Shown here: in pieces, positions 11,201 to 26,940 of the stretch
Numbering within the stretch: position 1 is the stretch's first letter
How the letters are laid out: every line of letters starts with the position of its first letter
NCBI RefSeq assembly: GCF_009914755.1
Contig: NC_060939.1
Length of the DNA stretch: 64,000 bases
Direction: 5' to 3' (one strand)
Source: the human T2T-CHM13v2.0 reference genome, Homo sapiens
Notes under the pieces: model-generated
The model's input: the letters and a program-made list of their open reading frames with translations, nothing else
Databases searched by the model: none
Told to the model about the DNA's origin: nothing
Position numbers and translations under genes: made by a program

Positions 11201-14200
11201 TCCACTCCATTCCATTCCATTCCATTCAGTTCCATTCCATTCTGTTCCATTCCATTCCGTTCCATTACATTCCATTCCATTCGGTACCATTCCATATTGT
11301 TCCATTCGATTCCATTCGAATCCATTCCATTCCAGTCCATTCCATTCGATTCCATTCCATTCATTTCAATTCCATTCCATTCCATTCCATTACATTCCAC
11401 TTGATTCCTCTCCATTCCCTTCCACTGCATTCCGTTCGATTCCATTCCATTGCATTGCATTCCATTCCATTGGATTGCATTCCATTCGATTCCATTCCAT
11501 TCGAATCAATTACATAGCAATCCATTACATTCGATTCTATTCTCTTCCGTTCCATTCGATTTCGTTCCAATCCATTCGATTCCATTCCATTCGATTCCAT
11601 TCCATACTATTGCATTCCATTCGATTACATTATATTCGAATAAGTTCCATTCAAGACCATTTCTTTTGAGTCCATTTTATTTGAGTCCATTCCCTTTGAT
11701 TCCATAACATTTGAGTCCATTCAATTCCATTCCTTTCGTTTCCATTCCATTTGATGCCATTCCATTCAATTCTGTTCTACTCGACTCCAATACATTCAAT
11801 TCCATTCCATCCGATTCCATTACATTCTTTTCATTTCTTATCCATTTCAAGCCATTCCACTCCATTCCATTCCACTCGTTTCCTTTCCATTCGAGTCCAT
11901 TCCTCTCCAGTCCATTCCATTCAATCCATTCCATTCCAGTCCATTCCATTCGAGTCCGTTCCATTCCAGTCCATTCCATTCGAGTCAATTCCATCCCATT
12001 CGATGTCTTTCCATAACGATCCATTCCATTCTATTCCTTTCGATTCCATTCCATTCTATTTCATTTCATTCGATTCCCTTCCATTGGACTCCTTTCCATT
12101 CGAGTGCATTCCATTCCGTTCCATTTCTTTCCGTTCTGTACGATTCCTACCGTTCGATTTCATTTTGTTCCAGTCCATTCTTTCGCGTCCATTCCATTCC
12201 ATTTCACTCCATTCGATTCCATTCCACTCGATTCCACTTCGTTCCATTTCCTTGCATTCCATTCTATTCAACTCTATTGCCTTCCATTCCATTCCATTCG
12301 ATTACATTCCATGCGATTCCATTCGAAATCGAATCAATTACATTGCAATCCATTACTATTGAGTCCGTTTTATTCCAGTCCACTGCATTCTGGTCCATTC
12401 CATTTGATTCCATTCCATTCTATTCCATTCCATACAGATGCATTCCATTGGATTCCATGCTATATCTATAAATTCAATTCGAGACCATTGTTTTTGAGTC
12501 CATTCTATATGATTCCATTCCATTCAAGTCCATTACATTTGGTTAAATTCCATTCCATTCGGTTCAATTCCATTCCATTCCATTCCCTTCCATTCCATTC
12601 CAGTTGATATCAATCCATTCGATTCCATTCCATTCGAGCACATTCCATTCGAGTCCATTCCATTCGATGCCATTCCATTTGATTCTATTCCATTAGTCTC
12701 CATTCAATTCCATTAATCTCCATTCCATTCCATTCTACTCCAACTGATTCCATTCCATTCTATTCCTTTTTATTCCATTTCATTCCATTCCATTCCATTC
12801 CATTCGTGTCCATTCCACTCCAGTCCATTCCATTCGTATCCATTCCATTCCAGTCCATTCCATTTGTGTCCACTGCATTCCATTCCACTCCATTCCATAT
12901 TATTTCATTACACTCCATTCCATTCTATTACTTTCATTTCCATTCAATTCCATTCCATTTGATTCCATTCCACTCGGTTTCATTCCATTTGAGTCCACTC
13001 CATTCCATTCCATTCCATTCAGTTCCATTCCATTCCATTCCGTTCCATTACATTCCATTCCATTCGGTACCATTCCATATTGTTCCATTCGATTCCATTC
13101 GAATCCATTCCATTCCAGTCCATTCCATTCGATTCCATTCCATTCATTTCAATTCCATTCCATTCCATTCCATTACATTCCACTTGATTCCTCTCCATTC
13201 CCTTCCACTGCATTCCGTTCGATTCCATTCCATTGCATTGCATTCCATTCCATTGGATTGCATTCCATTCGATTCCATTCCATTCGAATCAATTACATAG
13301 CAATCCATTACATTCGAGTCTATTCTCTTCCGTTCCATTCGATTTCGTTCCAATCCATTCGATTCCATTCCATTCGATTCCATTCCATACTATTGCATTC
13401 CATTCGATTACATTATATTCGAATAAGTTCCATTCAAGACCATTTCTTTTGATTCCATTCTATTTGAGTCCATTCCCTTTGATTCCATAACATTTGAGTC
13501 CATTCAATTCCATTCCTTTCGTTTCCATTCCATTTGATGCCATTCCATTCAATTCTGTTCTACTCGACTCCAATACACTCAATTCCATTCCATCCGATTC
13601 CATTACATTCTTTTCATTTCTTATCCATTTCAAGCCATTCCACTCCATTCCATTCCACTCGTTTCCTTTCCATTCGAGTCCATTCCTCTTAAAGTCCATT
13701 CCGTTCAATCCATTCCATTCCAGTCCATTCCATTCGAGTCCGTTCCATTCCAGTCCATTCCATTCGAGTCAATTCCATTCCATTCGATGTCTTTCCATAA
13801 CGATCCATTCCATTCTATTCCTTTCGATTCCATTCCATTCTATTTCATTCCATTCGATTCCCTTCCATTGGACTCCTTTCCATTCGAGTGCATTCCATTC
13901 CGTTCCATTTCTTTCCGTTCTGTACGATTCCTACCGTTCGATTTCATTTTGTTCCAGTCCATTAATTTCGCGTCCATTCCATTCCATTTCACTCCATTCG
14001 ATTCCATTCCACTCGATTCCACTTCGTTCCATTTCATTGCATTCCATTCTATTCAACTCTATTGCCTTCCATTCCATTCCATTCGATTACATTCCATGCG
14101 ATTCCATTCGAAATCGAATCAATTACATTGCAAACCATTACTATTGAGTCCGTTTTATTCCAGTCCACTGCATTCTGGTCCATTCCATTTGATTCCATTC

Positions 14201-17060
14201 CATTCTATTCCATTCCATACAGTTGCATTCCATTGGATTCCATGCTATATCTATAAATTCAATTCGAGACCATTGCTTTTGAGTCCATTCTATATGATTC
14301 CATTCCATTCAAGTCCATTACATTTGGTTCAATTCCATTCCATTCGGTTCAATTCCATTCCATTCCATTCCCTTCCTTTCCATTCCAGTTGATATCAATC
14401 CATTCGATTCCATTCCATTCGAGCACATTCCATTCGAGTCCATTCCATTCGATGCCATTCCATTTGATTCTATTCCATTAGTCTCCATTCAATTCCATTA
14501 ATCTCCATTCCATTCCATTCTACTCCAACTGATTCCATTCCATTCTATTCCTTTCCATTCCATTTCATTCCATTCCATTCCATTCCATTCGTGTCCATTC
14601 CACTCCAGTCCATTCCATTCGTATCCATTCCATTCCAGTCCATTCCATTTGTGTCCACTGCATTCCATTCCACTCCATTCCATATTATTCCATTACACTC
14701 CATTCCATTCTATTACTTTCATTTCCATTCAATTCCATTCCATTTGATTCCATTCCACTCGGTTTCATTCCATTTGAGTCCACTCCATTCCATTCCATTC
14801 CATTCAGTTCCATTCCATTCTGTTCCATTCCATTCCGTTCCGTTACATTCCATTCCATTCGGTACCATTCCATATTGTTCCATTCGATTCCATTCGAATC
14901 CATTCCATTCCAGTCCATTCCATTCGATTCCATTCCATTCATTTCAATTCCATTCCATTCCATTCCATTCCATTCCACTTGATTCCTCTCCATTCCCTTC
15001 CACTGCATTCCGTTCGATTCCATTCCATTGCATTGCATTCCATTCCACTGGATTGCATTCCATTCGATTCCATTCCATTCGAATCAATTACGTAGCAATC
15101 CATTACATTCGAGTCTATTCTCTTCCGTTCCATTCGATTTCGTTCCAATCCATTCGATTCCATTCCATTCGATTCCATTCCATACTATTGCATTCCATTC
15201 GATTACATTATATTCGAATAAGTTCCATTCAAGACCATTTCTTTTGAGTCCATTCTATTTGAGTCCATTCCCTTTGATTCCATAACATTTGAGTCCATTC
15301 AATTCCATTCCTTTCGTTTCCATTCCATTTGATGCCATTCCATTCAATTCTGTTCTACTCGACTCCAATACATTCAATTCCATTCCATCCGATTCCATTA
15401 CATTCTTTTCATTTCTTATCCATTTCAAGCCATTCCACTCCATTCCATTCCACTCGTTTCCTTTCCATTCGAGTCCATTCCTCTCCAGTCCATTCCGTTC
15501 AATCCATTCCATTCCAGTCCATTCCATTCGAGTCCGTTCCATTCCAGTCCATTCCATTCGAGTCAATTCCATCCCATTCGATGTCTTTCCATAACGATCC
15601 ATTCCATTCTATTCCTTTCGATTCCATTCCATTCTATTTCATTCCATTCGATTCCCTTCCATTGGACTCCTTTCCATTCGAGTGCATTCCATTCCGTTCC
15701 ATTACTTTCCGTTCTGTACGATTCCTACCGTTCGATTTCATTTTGTTCCAGTCCATTCTTTCGCGTCCATTCCATTCCATTTCACTCCATTCGATTCCAT
15801 TCCACTCGATTCCACTTCGTTCCATTTCATTGCATTCCATTCTATTCAACTCTATTGCCTTCCATTCCATTCCATTCGATTACATTCCATGCGATTCCAT
15901 TCGAAATCGAATCAATTACATTGCAATCCATTACTATTGAGTCCGTTTTATTCCAGTCCACTGCATTCTGGTCCATTCCATTTGATTCCATTCCATTCTA
16001 TTCCATTCCATACAGTTGCATTCCATTGGATTCCATGCTATATCTATAAATTCAATTCGAGACCATTGCTTTTGAGTCCATTCTATATGATTCCATTCCA
16101 TTCAAGTCCATTACATTTGGTTCAATTCCATTCCATTCGGTTCAATTCCATTCCATTCCATTCCCTTCCATTCCATTCCAGTTGATATCAATCCATTCGA
16201 TTCCATTCCATTCGAGCACATTCCATTCGAGTCCATTCCATTCGATGCCATTCCATTTGATTCTATTCCATTAGTCTCCATTCAATTCCATTAATCTCCA
16301 TTCCATTCCATTCTACTCCAACTGATTCCATTCCATTCTATTCCTTTCCATTCCATTTCATTCCATTCCATTCCATTCCATTCCATTCCATTCCATTCGT
16401 GTCCATTCCACTCCAGTCCATTCCATTCGTATCCATTCCATTCCAGTCCATTCCATTTGTGTCCACTGCATTCCATTCCACTCCATTCCATATTATTCCA
16501 TTACACTCCATTCCATTCTATTACTTTCATTTCCATTCAATTCCATTCCATTTGATTCCATTCCACTCGGTTTCATTCCATTTGAGTCCACTCCATTCCA
16601 TTCCATTCCATTCAGTTCCATTCGATTCTGTTCCATTCCATTCCGTTCCGTTACATTCCATTCCATTCGGTACCATTCCATATTGTTCCATTCGATTCCA
16701 TTCGAATCCATTCCATTCCAGTCCATTCCATTCGATTCCATTCCATTCATTTCAATTCCATTCCATTCCATTCCATTACATTCCACTTGATTCCTCTCCA
16801 TTCCCTTCCACTGCATTCCGTTCGATTCCATTCCATTGCATTGCATTCCATTCCATTGGATTGCATTCCATTCGATTCCATTCCATTCGAATCAATTACA
16901 TAGCAATCCATTACATTCGAGTCTATTCTATTCCGTTCCATTCGATTTCGTTCCAATCCATTCGATTCCATTCCATTCGATTCCATTCCATACTATTGCA
17001 TTCCATTCGATTACATTATATTCGAATAAGTTCCATTCAAGACCATTTCTTTTGAGTCCA

Positions 17061-20000
17061 TTCTATTTGAGTCCATTCCCTTTGATTCCATAACATTTGA
17101 GTCCATTCAATTCCATTCCTTTCGTTTCCATTCCATTTGATGCCATTCCATTCAATTCTGTTCTACTCGACTCCAATACATTCAATTCCATTCCATCCGA
17201 TTCCATTACATTCTTTTCATTTCTTATCCATTTCAAGCCATTCCACTCCATTCCATTCCACTCGTTTCCTTTCCATTCGAGTCCATTCCTCTCCAGTCCA
17301 TTCCGTTCAATCCATTCCATTCCAGTCCATTCCATTCGAGTCCGTTCCATTCCAGTCCATTCCATTCGAGTCAATTCCATCCCATTCGATGTCTTTCCAT
17401 AACGATCCATTCCATTCTATTCCTTTCGATTCCATTCCATTCTATTTCATTCCATTCGATTCCCTTCCATTGGACTCCTTTCCATTCGAGTGCATTCCAT
17501 TCCGTTCCATTTCTTTCCGTTCTGTACGATTCCTACCGTTCGATTTCATTTTGTTCCAGTCCATTCTTTCGCGTCCATTCCATTCCATTTCACTCCATTC
17601 GATTCCATTCCACTCGATTCCACTTCGTTCCATTTCATTGCATTCCATTCTATTCAACTCTATTGCCTTCCATTCCATTCCATTCGATTACATTCCATGC
17701 GATTCCATTCGAAATCGAATCAATTACATTGCAATCCATTACTATTGAGTCCGTTTTATTCCAGTCCACTGCATTCTGGTCCATTCCATTTGATTCCATT
17801 CCATTCTATTCCATTCCATAGAGTTGCATTCCATTGGATTCCATGCTATATCTATAAATTCAATTCGAGACCATTGCTTTTGAGTCCATTCTATATGATT
17901 CCATTCCATTCAAGTCCATTACATTTGGTTAAATTCCATTCCATTCGGTTCAATTCCATTCCATTCCATTCCCTTCCATTCCATTCCAGTTGATATCAAT
18001 CCATTCGATTCCATTCCATTCGAGCACATTCCATTCGAGTCCATTCCATTCGATGCCATTCCATTTGATTCTATTCCATTAGTCTCCATTCAATTCCATT
18101 AATCTCCATTCCATTCCATTCTACTCCAACTGATTCCATTCCATTCTATTCCTTTCCATTCCATTTCATTCCATTCCATTCCATTCCATTCCATTCCATT
18201 CCATTCGTGTCCATTCCACTCCAGTCCATTCCATTCGTATCCATTCCATTCCAGTCCATTCCATTTGTGTCCACTGCATTCCATTCCACTCCATTCCATA
18301 TTATTCCATTACACTCCATTCCATTCTATTACTTTCATTTCCATTCAATTCCATTCCATTTGATTCCATTCCACTCGGTTTCATTCCATTTGAGTCCACT
18401 CCATTCCATTCCATTCCATTCAGTTCCATTCGATTCTGTTCCATTCCATTCCGTTCCGTTACATTCCATTCCATTCGGTACCATTCCATATTGTTCCATT
18501 CGATTCCATTCGAATCCATTCCATTCCAGTCCATTCCATTCGATTCCATTCCATTCATTTCAATTCCATTCCATTCCATTCCATTACATTCCACTTGATT
18601 CCTCTCCATTCCCTTCCACTGCATTCCGTTCGATTCCATTCCATTGCATTGCATTCCATTCCATTGGATTGCATTCCATTCGATTCCATTCCATTCGAAT
18701 CAATTACATAGCAATCCATTACATTCGAGTCTATTCTCTTCCGTTCCATTCGATTTCGTTCCAATCCATTCGATTCCATTCCATTCGATTCCATTCCATA
18801 CTATTGCATTCCATTCGATTACATTATATTCGAATAAGTTCCATTCAAGACCATTTCTTTTGAGTCCGTTCTATTTGAGTCCATTCCCTTTGATTCCATA
18901 ACATTTGAGTCCATTCAATTCCATTCCTTTCGTTTCCATTCCATTTGATGCCATTCCATTCAATTCTGTTCTACTCGACTCCAATACATTCAATTCCATT
19001 CCATCCGATTCCATTACATTCTTTTCATTTCTTATCCATTTCAAGCCATTCCACTCCATTCCATTCCACTCGTTTCCTTTCCATTCGAGTCCATTCCTCT
19101 CCAGTCCATTCCGTTCAATCCATTCCATTCCAGTCCATTCCATTCGAGTCCGTTCCATTCCAGTCCATTCCATTCGAGTCAATTCCATCCCATTCGATGT
19201 CTTTCCATAACGATCCATTCCATTCTATTCCTTTCGATTCCATTCCATTCTATTTCATTCCATTCGATTCCCTTCCATTGGACTCCTTTCCATTCGAGTG
19301 CATTCCATTCCGTTCCATTTCTTTCCGTTCTGTACGATTCCTACCGTTCGATTTCATTTTGTTCCAGTCCATTCTTTCGCGTCCATTCCATTCCATTTCA
19401 CTCCATTCGATTCCATTCCACTCGATTCCACTTCGTTCCATTTCATTGCATTCCATTCTATTCAACTCTATTGCCTTCCATTCCATTCCATTCGATTACA
19501 TTCCATGCGATTCCATTCGAAATCGAATCAATTACATTGCAATCCATTACTATTGAGTCCGTTTTATTCCAGTCCACTGCATTCTGGTCCATTCCATTTG
19601 ATTCCATTCCATTCTATTCCATTCCATAGAGTTGCATTCCATTGGATTCCATGCTATATCTATAAATTCAATTCGAGACCATTGCTTTTGAGTCCATTCT
19701 ATATGATTCCATTCCATTCAAGTCCATTACATTTGGTTAAATTCCATTCCATTCGGTTCAATTCCATTCCATTCCATTCCCTTCCATTCCATTCCAGTTG
19801 ATATCAATCCATTCGATTCCATTCCATTCGAGCACATTCCATTCGAGTCCATTCCATTCGATGCCATTCCATTTGATTCTATTCCATTAGTCTCCATTCA
19901 ATTCCATTAATCTCCATTCCATTCCATTCTACTCCAACTGATTCCATTCCATTCTATTCCTTTCCATTCCATTTCATTCCATTCCATTCCATTCCATTCC

Positions 20001-20676
20001 ATTCCATTCCATTCGTGTCCATTCCACTCCAGTCCATTCCATTCGTATCCATTCCATTCCAGTCCATTCCATTTGTGTCCACTGCATTCCATTCCACTCC
20101 ATTCCATATTATTCCATTACACTCCATTCCATTCTATTACTTTCATTTCCATTCAATTCCATTCCATTTGATTCCATTCCACTCGGTTTCATTCCATTTG
20201 AGTCCACTCCATTCCATTCCATTCCATTCAGTTCCATTCGATTCTGTTCCATTCCATTCCGTTCCGTTACATTCCATTCCATTCGGTACCATTCCATATT
20301 GTTCCATTCGATTCCATTCGAATCCATTCCATTCCAGTCCATTCCATTCGATTCCATTCCATTCATTTCAATTCCATTCCATTCCATTCCATTACATTCC
20401 ACTTGATTCCTCTCCATTCCCTTCCACTGCATTCCGTTCGATTCCATTCCATTGCATTGCATTCCATTCCATTGGATTGCATTCCATTCGATTCCATTCC
20501 ATTCGAATCAATTACATAGCAATCCATTACATTCGAGTCTATTCTCTTCCGTTCCATTCGATTTCGTTCCAATCCATTCGATTCCATTCCATTCGATTCC
20601 ATTCCATACTATTGCATTCCATTCGATTACATTATATTCGAATAAGTTCCATTCAAGACCATTTCTTTTGAGTCCG
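17061..20676 (+). repeat. Recent one-unit (1808 bp) tandem duplication
   Basis: Rare variants repeat at exactly 1808 bp: CATAGAGTTG (G 17821/19629) and GAGTCCGTTCT (G 18868/20676). Confidence 0.85.
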
Positions 20677-23349
20677 TTCTATTTGAGTCCATTCCCTTTG
20701 ATTCCATAACATTTGAGTCCATTCAATTCCATTCCTTTCGTTTCCATTCCATTTGATGCCATTCCATTCAATTCTGTTCTACTCGACTCCAATACATTCA
20801 ATTCCATTCCATCCGATTCCATTACATTCTTTTCATTTCTTATCCATTTCAAGCCATTCCACTCCATTCCATTCCACTCGTTTCCTTTCCATTCGAGTCC
20901 ATTCCTCTCCAGTCCATTCCGTTCAATCCATTCCATTCCAGTCCATTCCATTCGAGTCCGTTCCATTCCAGTCCATTCCATTCGAGTCAATTCCATTCCA
21001 TTCGATGTCTTTCCATAACGATCCATTCCATTCTATTCCTTTCGATTCCATTCCATTCTATTTCATTCCATTCGATTCCCTTCCATTGGACTCCTTTCCA
21101 TTCGAGTGCATTCCATTCCGTTCCATTTCTTTCCGTTCTGTACGATTCCTACCGTTCGATTTCATTTTGTTCCAGTCCATTCTTTCGCGTCCATTCCATT
21201 CCATTTCACTCCATTCGATTCCATTCCACTCGATTCCACTTCGTTCCATTTCATTGCATTCCATTCTATTCAACTCTATTGCCTTCCATTCCATTCCATT
21301 CGATTACATTCCATGCGATTCCATTCGAAATCGAATCAATTACATTGCAATCCATTACTATTGAGTCCGTTTTATTCCAGTCCACTGCATTCTGGTCCAT
21401 TCCATTTGATTCCATTCCATTCTATTCCATTCCATACAGTTGCATTCCATTGGATTCCATGCTATATCTATAAATTCAATTCGAGACCATTGCTTTTGAG
21501 TCCATTCTATATGATTCCATTCCATTCAAGTCCATTACATTTGGTTAAATTCCATTCCATTCGGTTCAATTCCATTCCATTCCATTCCCTTCCATTCCAT
21601 TCCAGTTGATATCAATCCATTCGATTCCATTCCATTCGAGCACATTCCATTCGAGTCCATTCCATTCGATGCCATTCCATTTGATTCTATTCCATTAGTC
21701 TCCATTCAATTCCATTAATCTCCATTCCATTCCATTCTACTCCAACTGATTCCATTCCATTCTATTCCTTTCCATTCCATTTCATTCCATTCCATTCCAT
21801 TCCATTCCATTCCATTCGTGTCCATTCCACTCCAGTCCATTCCATTCGTATCCATTCCATTCCAGTCCATTCCATTTGTGTCCACTGCATTCCATTCCAC
21901 TCCATTCCATATTATTCCATTACACTCCATTCCATTCTATTACTTTCATTTCCATTGAATTCCATTCCATTTGATTCCATTCCACTCGGTTTCATTCCAT
22001 TTGAGTCCACTCCATTCCATTCCATTCCATTCAGTTCCATTCCATTCTGTTCCATTCCATTCCGTTCCGTTACATTCCATTCCATTCGGTACCATTCCAT
22101 ATTGTTCCATTCGATTCCATTCGAATCCATTCCATTCCAGTCCATTCCATTCGATTCCATTCCATTCATTTCAATTCCATTCCATTCCATTCCATTACAT
22201 TCCACTTGATTCCTCTCCATTCCCTTCCACTGCATTCCGTTCGATTCCATTCCATTGCATTGCATTCCATTCCATTGGATTGCATTCCATTCGATTCCAT
22301 TCCATTCGAATCAATTACATAGCAATCCATTACATTCGAGTCTATTCTCTTCCGTTCCATTCGATTTCGTTCCAATCCATTCGATTCCATTCCATTCGAT
22401 TCCATTCCATACTATTGCATTCCATTCGATTACATTGTATTCGAATAAGTTCCATTCAAGACCATTTCTTTTGAGTCCATTCTATTTGAGTCCATTCCCT
22501 TTGATTCCATAACATTTGAGTCCATTCAATTCCATTCCTTTCGTTTCCATTCCATTTGATGCCATTCCATTCAATTCTGTTCTACTCGACTCCAATACAT
22601 TCAATTCCATTCCATCCGATTCCATTACATTCTTTTCATTTCTTATCCATTTCAAGCCATTCCACTCCATTCCATTCCACTCGTTTCCTTTCCATTCGAG
22701 TCCATTCCTCTCCAGTCCATTCCGTTCAATCCATTCCATTCCAGTCCATTCCATTCGAGTCCGTTCCATTCCAGTCCATTCCATTCGAGTCAATTCCATT
22801 CCATTCGATGTCTTTCCATAACGATCCATTCCATTCTATTCCTTTCGATTCCATTCCATTCTATTTCATTTCATTCGATTCCCTTCCATTGGACTCCTTT
22901 CCATTCGAGTGCATTCCATTCCGTTCCATTTCTTTCCGTTCTGTACGATTCCTACCGTTCGATTTCATTTTGTTCCAGTCCATTCTTTCGCGTCCATTCC
23001 ATTCCATTTCACTCCATTCGATTCCATTCCACTCGATTCCACTTCGTTCCATTTCATTGCATTCCATTCTATTCAACTCTATTGCCTTCCATTCCATTCC
23101 ATTCGATTACATTCCATGCGATTCCATTCGAAATCGAATCAATTACATTGCAATCCATTACTATTGAGTCCGTTTTATTCCAGTCCACTGCATTCTGGTC
23201 CATTCCATTTGATTCCATTCCATTCTATTCCATTCCATACAGTTGCATTCCATTGGATTCCATGCTATATCTATAAATTCAATTCGAGACCATTGCTTTT
23301 GAGTCCATTCTATATGATTCCATTCCATTCAAGTCCATTACATTTGGTT

Positions 23350-26300
23350 CAATTCCATTCCATTCGGTTCAATTCCATTCCATTCCATTCCCTTCCATTC
23401 CATTCCAGTTGATATCAATCCATTCGATTCCATTCCATTCGAGCACATTCCATTCGAGTCCATTCCATTCGATGCCATTCCATTTGATTCTATTCCATTA
23501 GTCTCCATTCAATTCCATTAATCTCCATTCCATTCCATTCTACTCCAACTGATTCCATTCCATTCTATTCCTTTTTATTCCATTTCATTCCATTCCATTC
23601 CATTCCATTCGTGTCCATTCCACTCCAGTCCATTCCATTCGTATCCATTCCATTCCAGTCCATTCCATTTGTGTCCACTGCATTCCATTCCACTCCATTC
23701 CATATTATTCCATTACACTCCATTCCATTCTATTACTTTCATTTCCATTCAATTCCATTCCATTTGATTCCATTCCACTCGGTTTCATTCCATTTGAGTC
23801 CACTCCATTCCATTCCATTCCATTCAGTTCCATTCCATTCTGTTCCATTCCATTCCGTTCCATTACATTCCATTCCATTCGGTACCATTCCATATTGTTC
23901 CATTCGATTCCATTCGAATCCATTCCATTCCAGTCCATTCCATTCGATTCCATTCCATTCATTTCAATTCCATTCCATTCCATTCCATTACATTCCACTT
24001 GATTCCTCTCCATTCCCTTCCACTGCATTCCGTTCGATTCCATTCCATTGCATTGCATTCCATTCCATTGGATTGCATTCCATTCGATTCCATTCCATTC
24101 GAATCAATTACATAGCAATCCATTACATTCGAGTCTATTCTCTTCCGTTCCATTCGATTTCGTTCCAATCCATTCGATTCCATTCCATTCGATTCCATTC
24201 CATACTATTGCATTCCATTCGATTACATTATATTCGAATAAGTTCCATTCAAGACCATTTCTTTTGAGTCCATTCTATTTGAGTCCATTCCCTTTGATTC
24301 CATAACATTTGAGTCCATTCAATTCCATTCCTTTCGTTTCCATTCCATTTGATGCCATTCCATTCAATTCTGTTCTACTCGACTCCAATACATTCAATTC
24401 CATTCCATCCGATTCCATTACATTCTTTTCATTTCTTATCCATTTCAAGCCATTCCACTCCATTCCATTCCACTCGTTTCCGTTCCATTCGAGTCCATTC
24501 CTCTCCAGTCCATTCCGTTCAATCCATTCCATTCCAGTCCATTCCATTCGAGTCCGTTCCATTCCAGTCCATTCCATTCGAGTCAATTCCATTCCATTCG
24601 ATGTCTTTCCATAACGATCCATTCCATTCTATTCCTTTCGATTCCATTCCATTCTATTTCATTCCATTCGATTCCCTTCCATTGGACTCCTTTCCATTCG
24701 AGTGCATTCCATTCCGTTCCATTTCTTTCCGTTCTGTACGATTCCTACCGTTCGATTTCATTTTGTTCCAGTCCATTCCTTTCGCGTCCATTCCATTCCA
24801 TTTCACTCCATTCGATTCCATTCCACTCGATTCCACTTCGTTCCATTTCATTGCATTCCATTCTATTCAACTCTATTGCCTTCCATTCCATTCCATTCGA
24901 TTACATTCCATGCGATTCCATTCGAAATCAAATCAATTACATTGCAAACCATTACTATTGAGTCCGTTTTATTCCAGTCCACTGCATTCTGGTCCATTCC
25001 ATTTGATTCCATTCCATTCTTTTCCATTCCATACAGTTGCATTCCATTGGATTCCATGCTATATCTATAAATTCAATTCGAGACCATTGCTTTTGAGTCC
25101 ATTCTATATGATTCCATTCCATTCAAGTCCATTACATTTGGTTCAATTCCATTCCATTCGGTTCAATTCCATTCCATTCCATTCCCTTCCATTCCATTCC
25201 AGTTGATATCAATCCATTCGATTCCATTCCATTCGAGCACATTCCATTCGAGTCCATTCCATTCGATGCCATTCCATTTGATTCTATTCCATTAGTCTCC
25301 ATTCAATTCCATTAATCTCCATTCCATTCCATTCTACTCCAACTGATTCCATTCCATTCTATTCCTTTTTATTCCATTTCATTCCATTCCATTCCATTCC
25401 ATTCGTGTCCATTCCACTCCAGTCCATTCCATTCGTATCCATTCCATTCCAGTCCATTCCATTTGTGTCCACTGCATTCCATTCCACTCCATTCCATATT
25501 ATTCCATTACACTCCATTCCATTCTATTACTTTCATTTCCATTCAATTCCATTCCATTTGATTCCATTCCACTCGGTTTCATTCCATTTGAGTCCACTCC
25601 ATTCCATTCCATTCCATTCAGTTCCATTCCATTCTGTTCCATTCCATTCCGTTCCATTACATTCCATTCCATTCGGTACCATTCCATATTGTTCCATTCG
25701 ATTCCATTCGAATCCATTCCATTCCAGTCCATTCCATTCGATTCCATTCCATTCATTTCAATTCCATTCCATTCCATTCCATTACATTCCACTTGATTCC
25801 TCTCCATTCCCTTCCACTGCATTCCGTTCGATTCCATTCCATTGCATTGCATTCCATTCCATTGGATTGCATTCCATTCGATTCCATTCCATTCGAATCA
25901 ATTACATAGCAATCCATTACATTCGAGTCTATTCTCTTCCGTTCCATTCGATTTCGTTCCAATCCATTCGATTCCATTCCATTCGATTCCATTCCATACT
26001 ATTGCATTCCATTCGATTACATTATATTCGAATAAGTTCCATTCAAGACCATTTCTTTTGAGTCCATTCTATTTGAGTCCATTCCCTTTGATTCCATAAC
26101 ATTTGAGTCCATTCAATTCCATTCCTTTCGTTTCCATTCCATTTGATGCCATTCCATTCAATTCTGTTCTACTCGACTCCAATACATTCAATTCCATTCC
26201 ATCCGATTCCATTACATTCTTTTCATTTCTTATCCATTTCAAGCCATTCCACTCCATTCCATTCCACTCGTTTCCGTTCCATTCGAGTCCATTCCTCTCC

Positions 26301-26940
26301 AGTCCATTCCGTTCAATCCATTCCATTCCAGTCCATTCCATTCGAGTCCGTTCCATTCCAGTCCATTCCATTCGAGTCAATTCCATTCCATTCGATGTCT
26401 TTCCATAACGATCCATTCCATTCTATTCCTTTCGATTCCATTCCATTCTATTTCATTCCATTCGATTCCCTTCCATTGGACTCCTTTCCATTCGAGTGCA
26501 TTCCATTCCGTTCCATTTCTTTCCGTTCTGTACGATTCCTACCGTTCGATTTCATTTTGTTCCAGTCCATTCCTTTCGCGTCCATTCCATTCCATTTCAC
26601 TCCATTCGATTCCATTCCACTCGATTCCACTTCGTTCCATTTCATTGCATTCCATTCTATTCAACTCTATTGCCTTCCATTCCATTCCATTCGATTACAT
26701 TCCATGCGATTCCATTCGAAATCAAATCAATTACATTGCAAACCATTACTATTGAGTCCGTTTTATTCCAGTCCACTGCATTCTGGTCCATTCCATTTGA
26801 TTCCATTCCATTCTTTTCCATTCCATACAGTTGCATTCCATTGGATTCCATGCTATATCTATAAATTCAATTCGAGACCATTGCTTTTGAGTCCATTCTA
26901 TATGATTCCATTCCATTCAAGTCCATTACATTTGGTTCAA
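23350..26940 (+). repeat. Recent one-unit (1794 bp) tandem duplication
   Basis: Private variants repeat at 1794 bp: TTTCCGTTCC (G 24482/26276), GAAATCAAATC (A 24930/26724), ATTCTTTTCC (T 25021/26815). Confidence 0.88.

Noticed and set aside
13686-13696. TTAAA as an L1 endonuclease or transposon footprint
   Set aside because: There is no target-site duplication or inserted sequence; a local multi-base mutation explains it.
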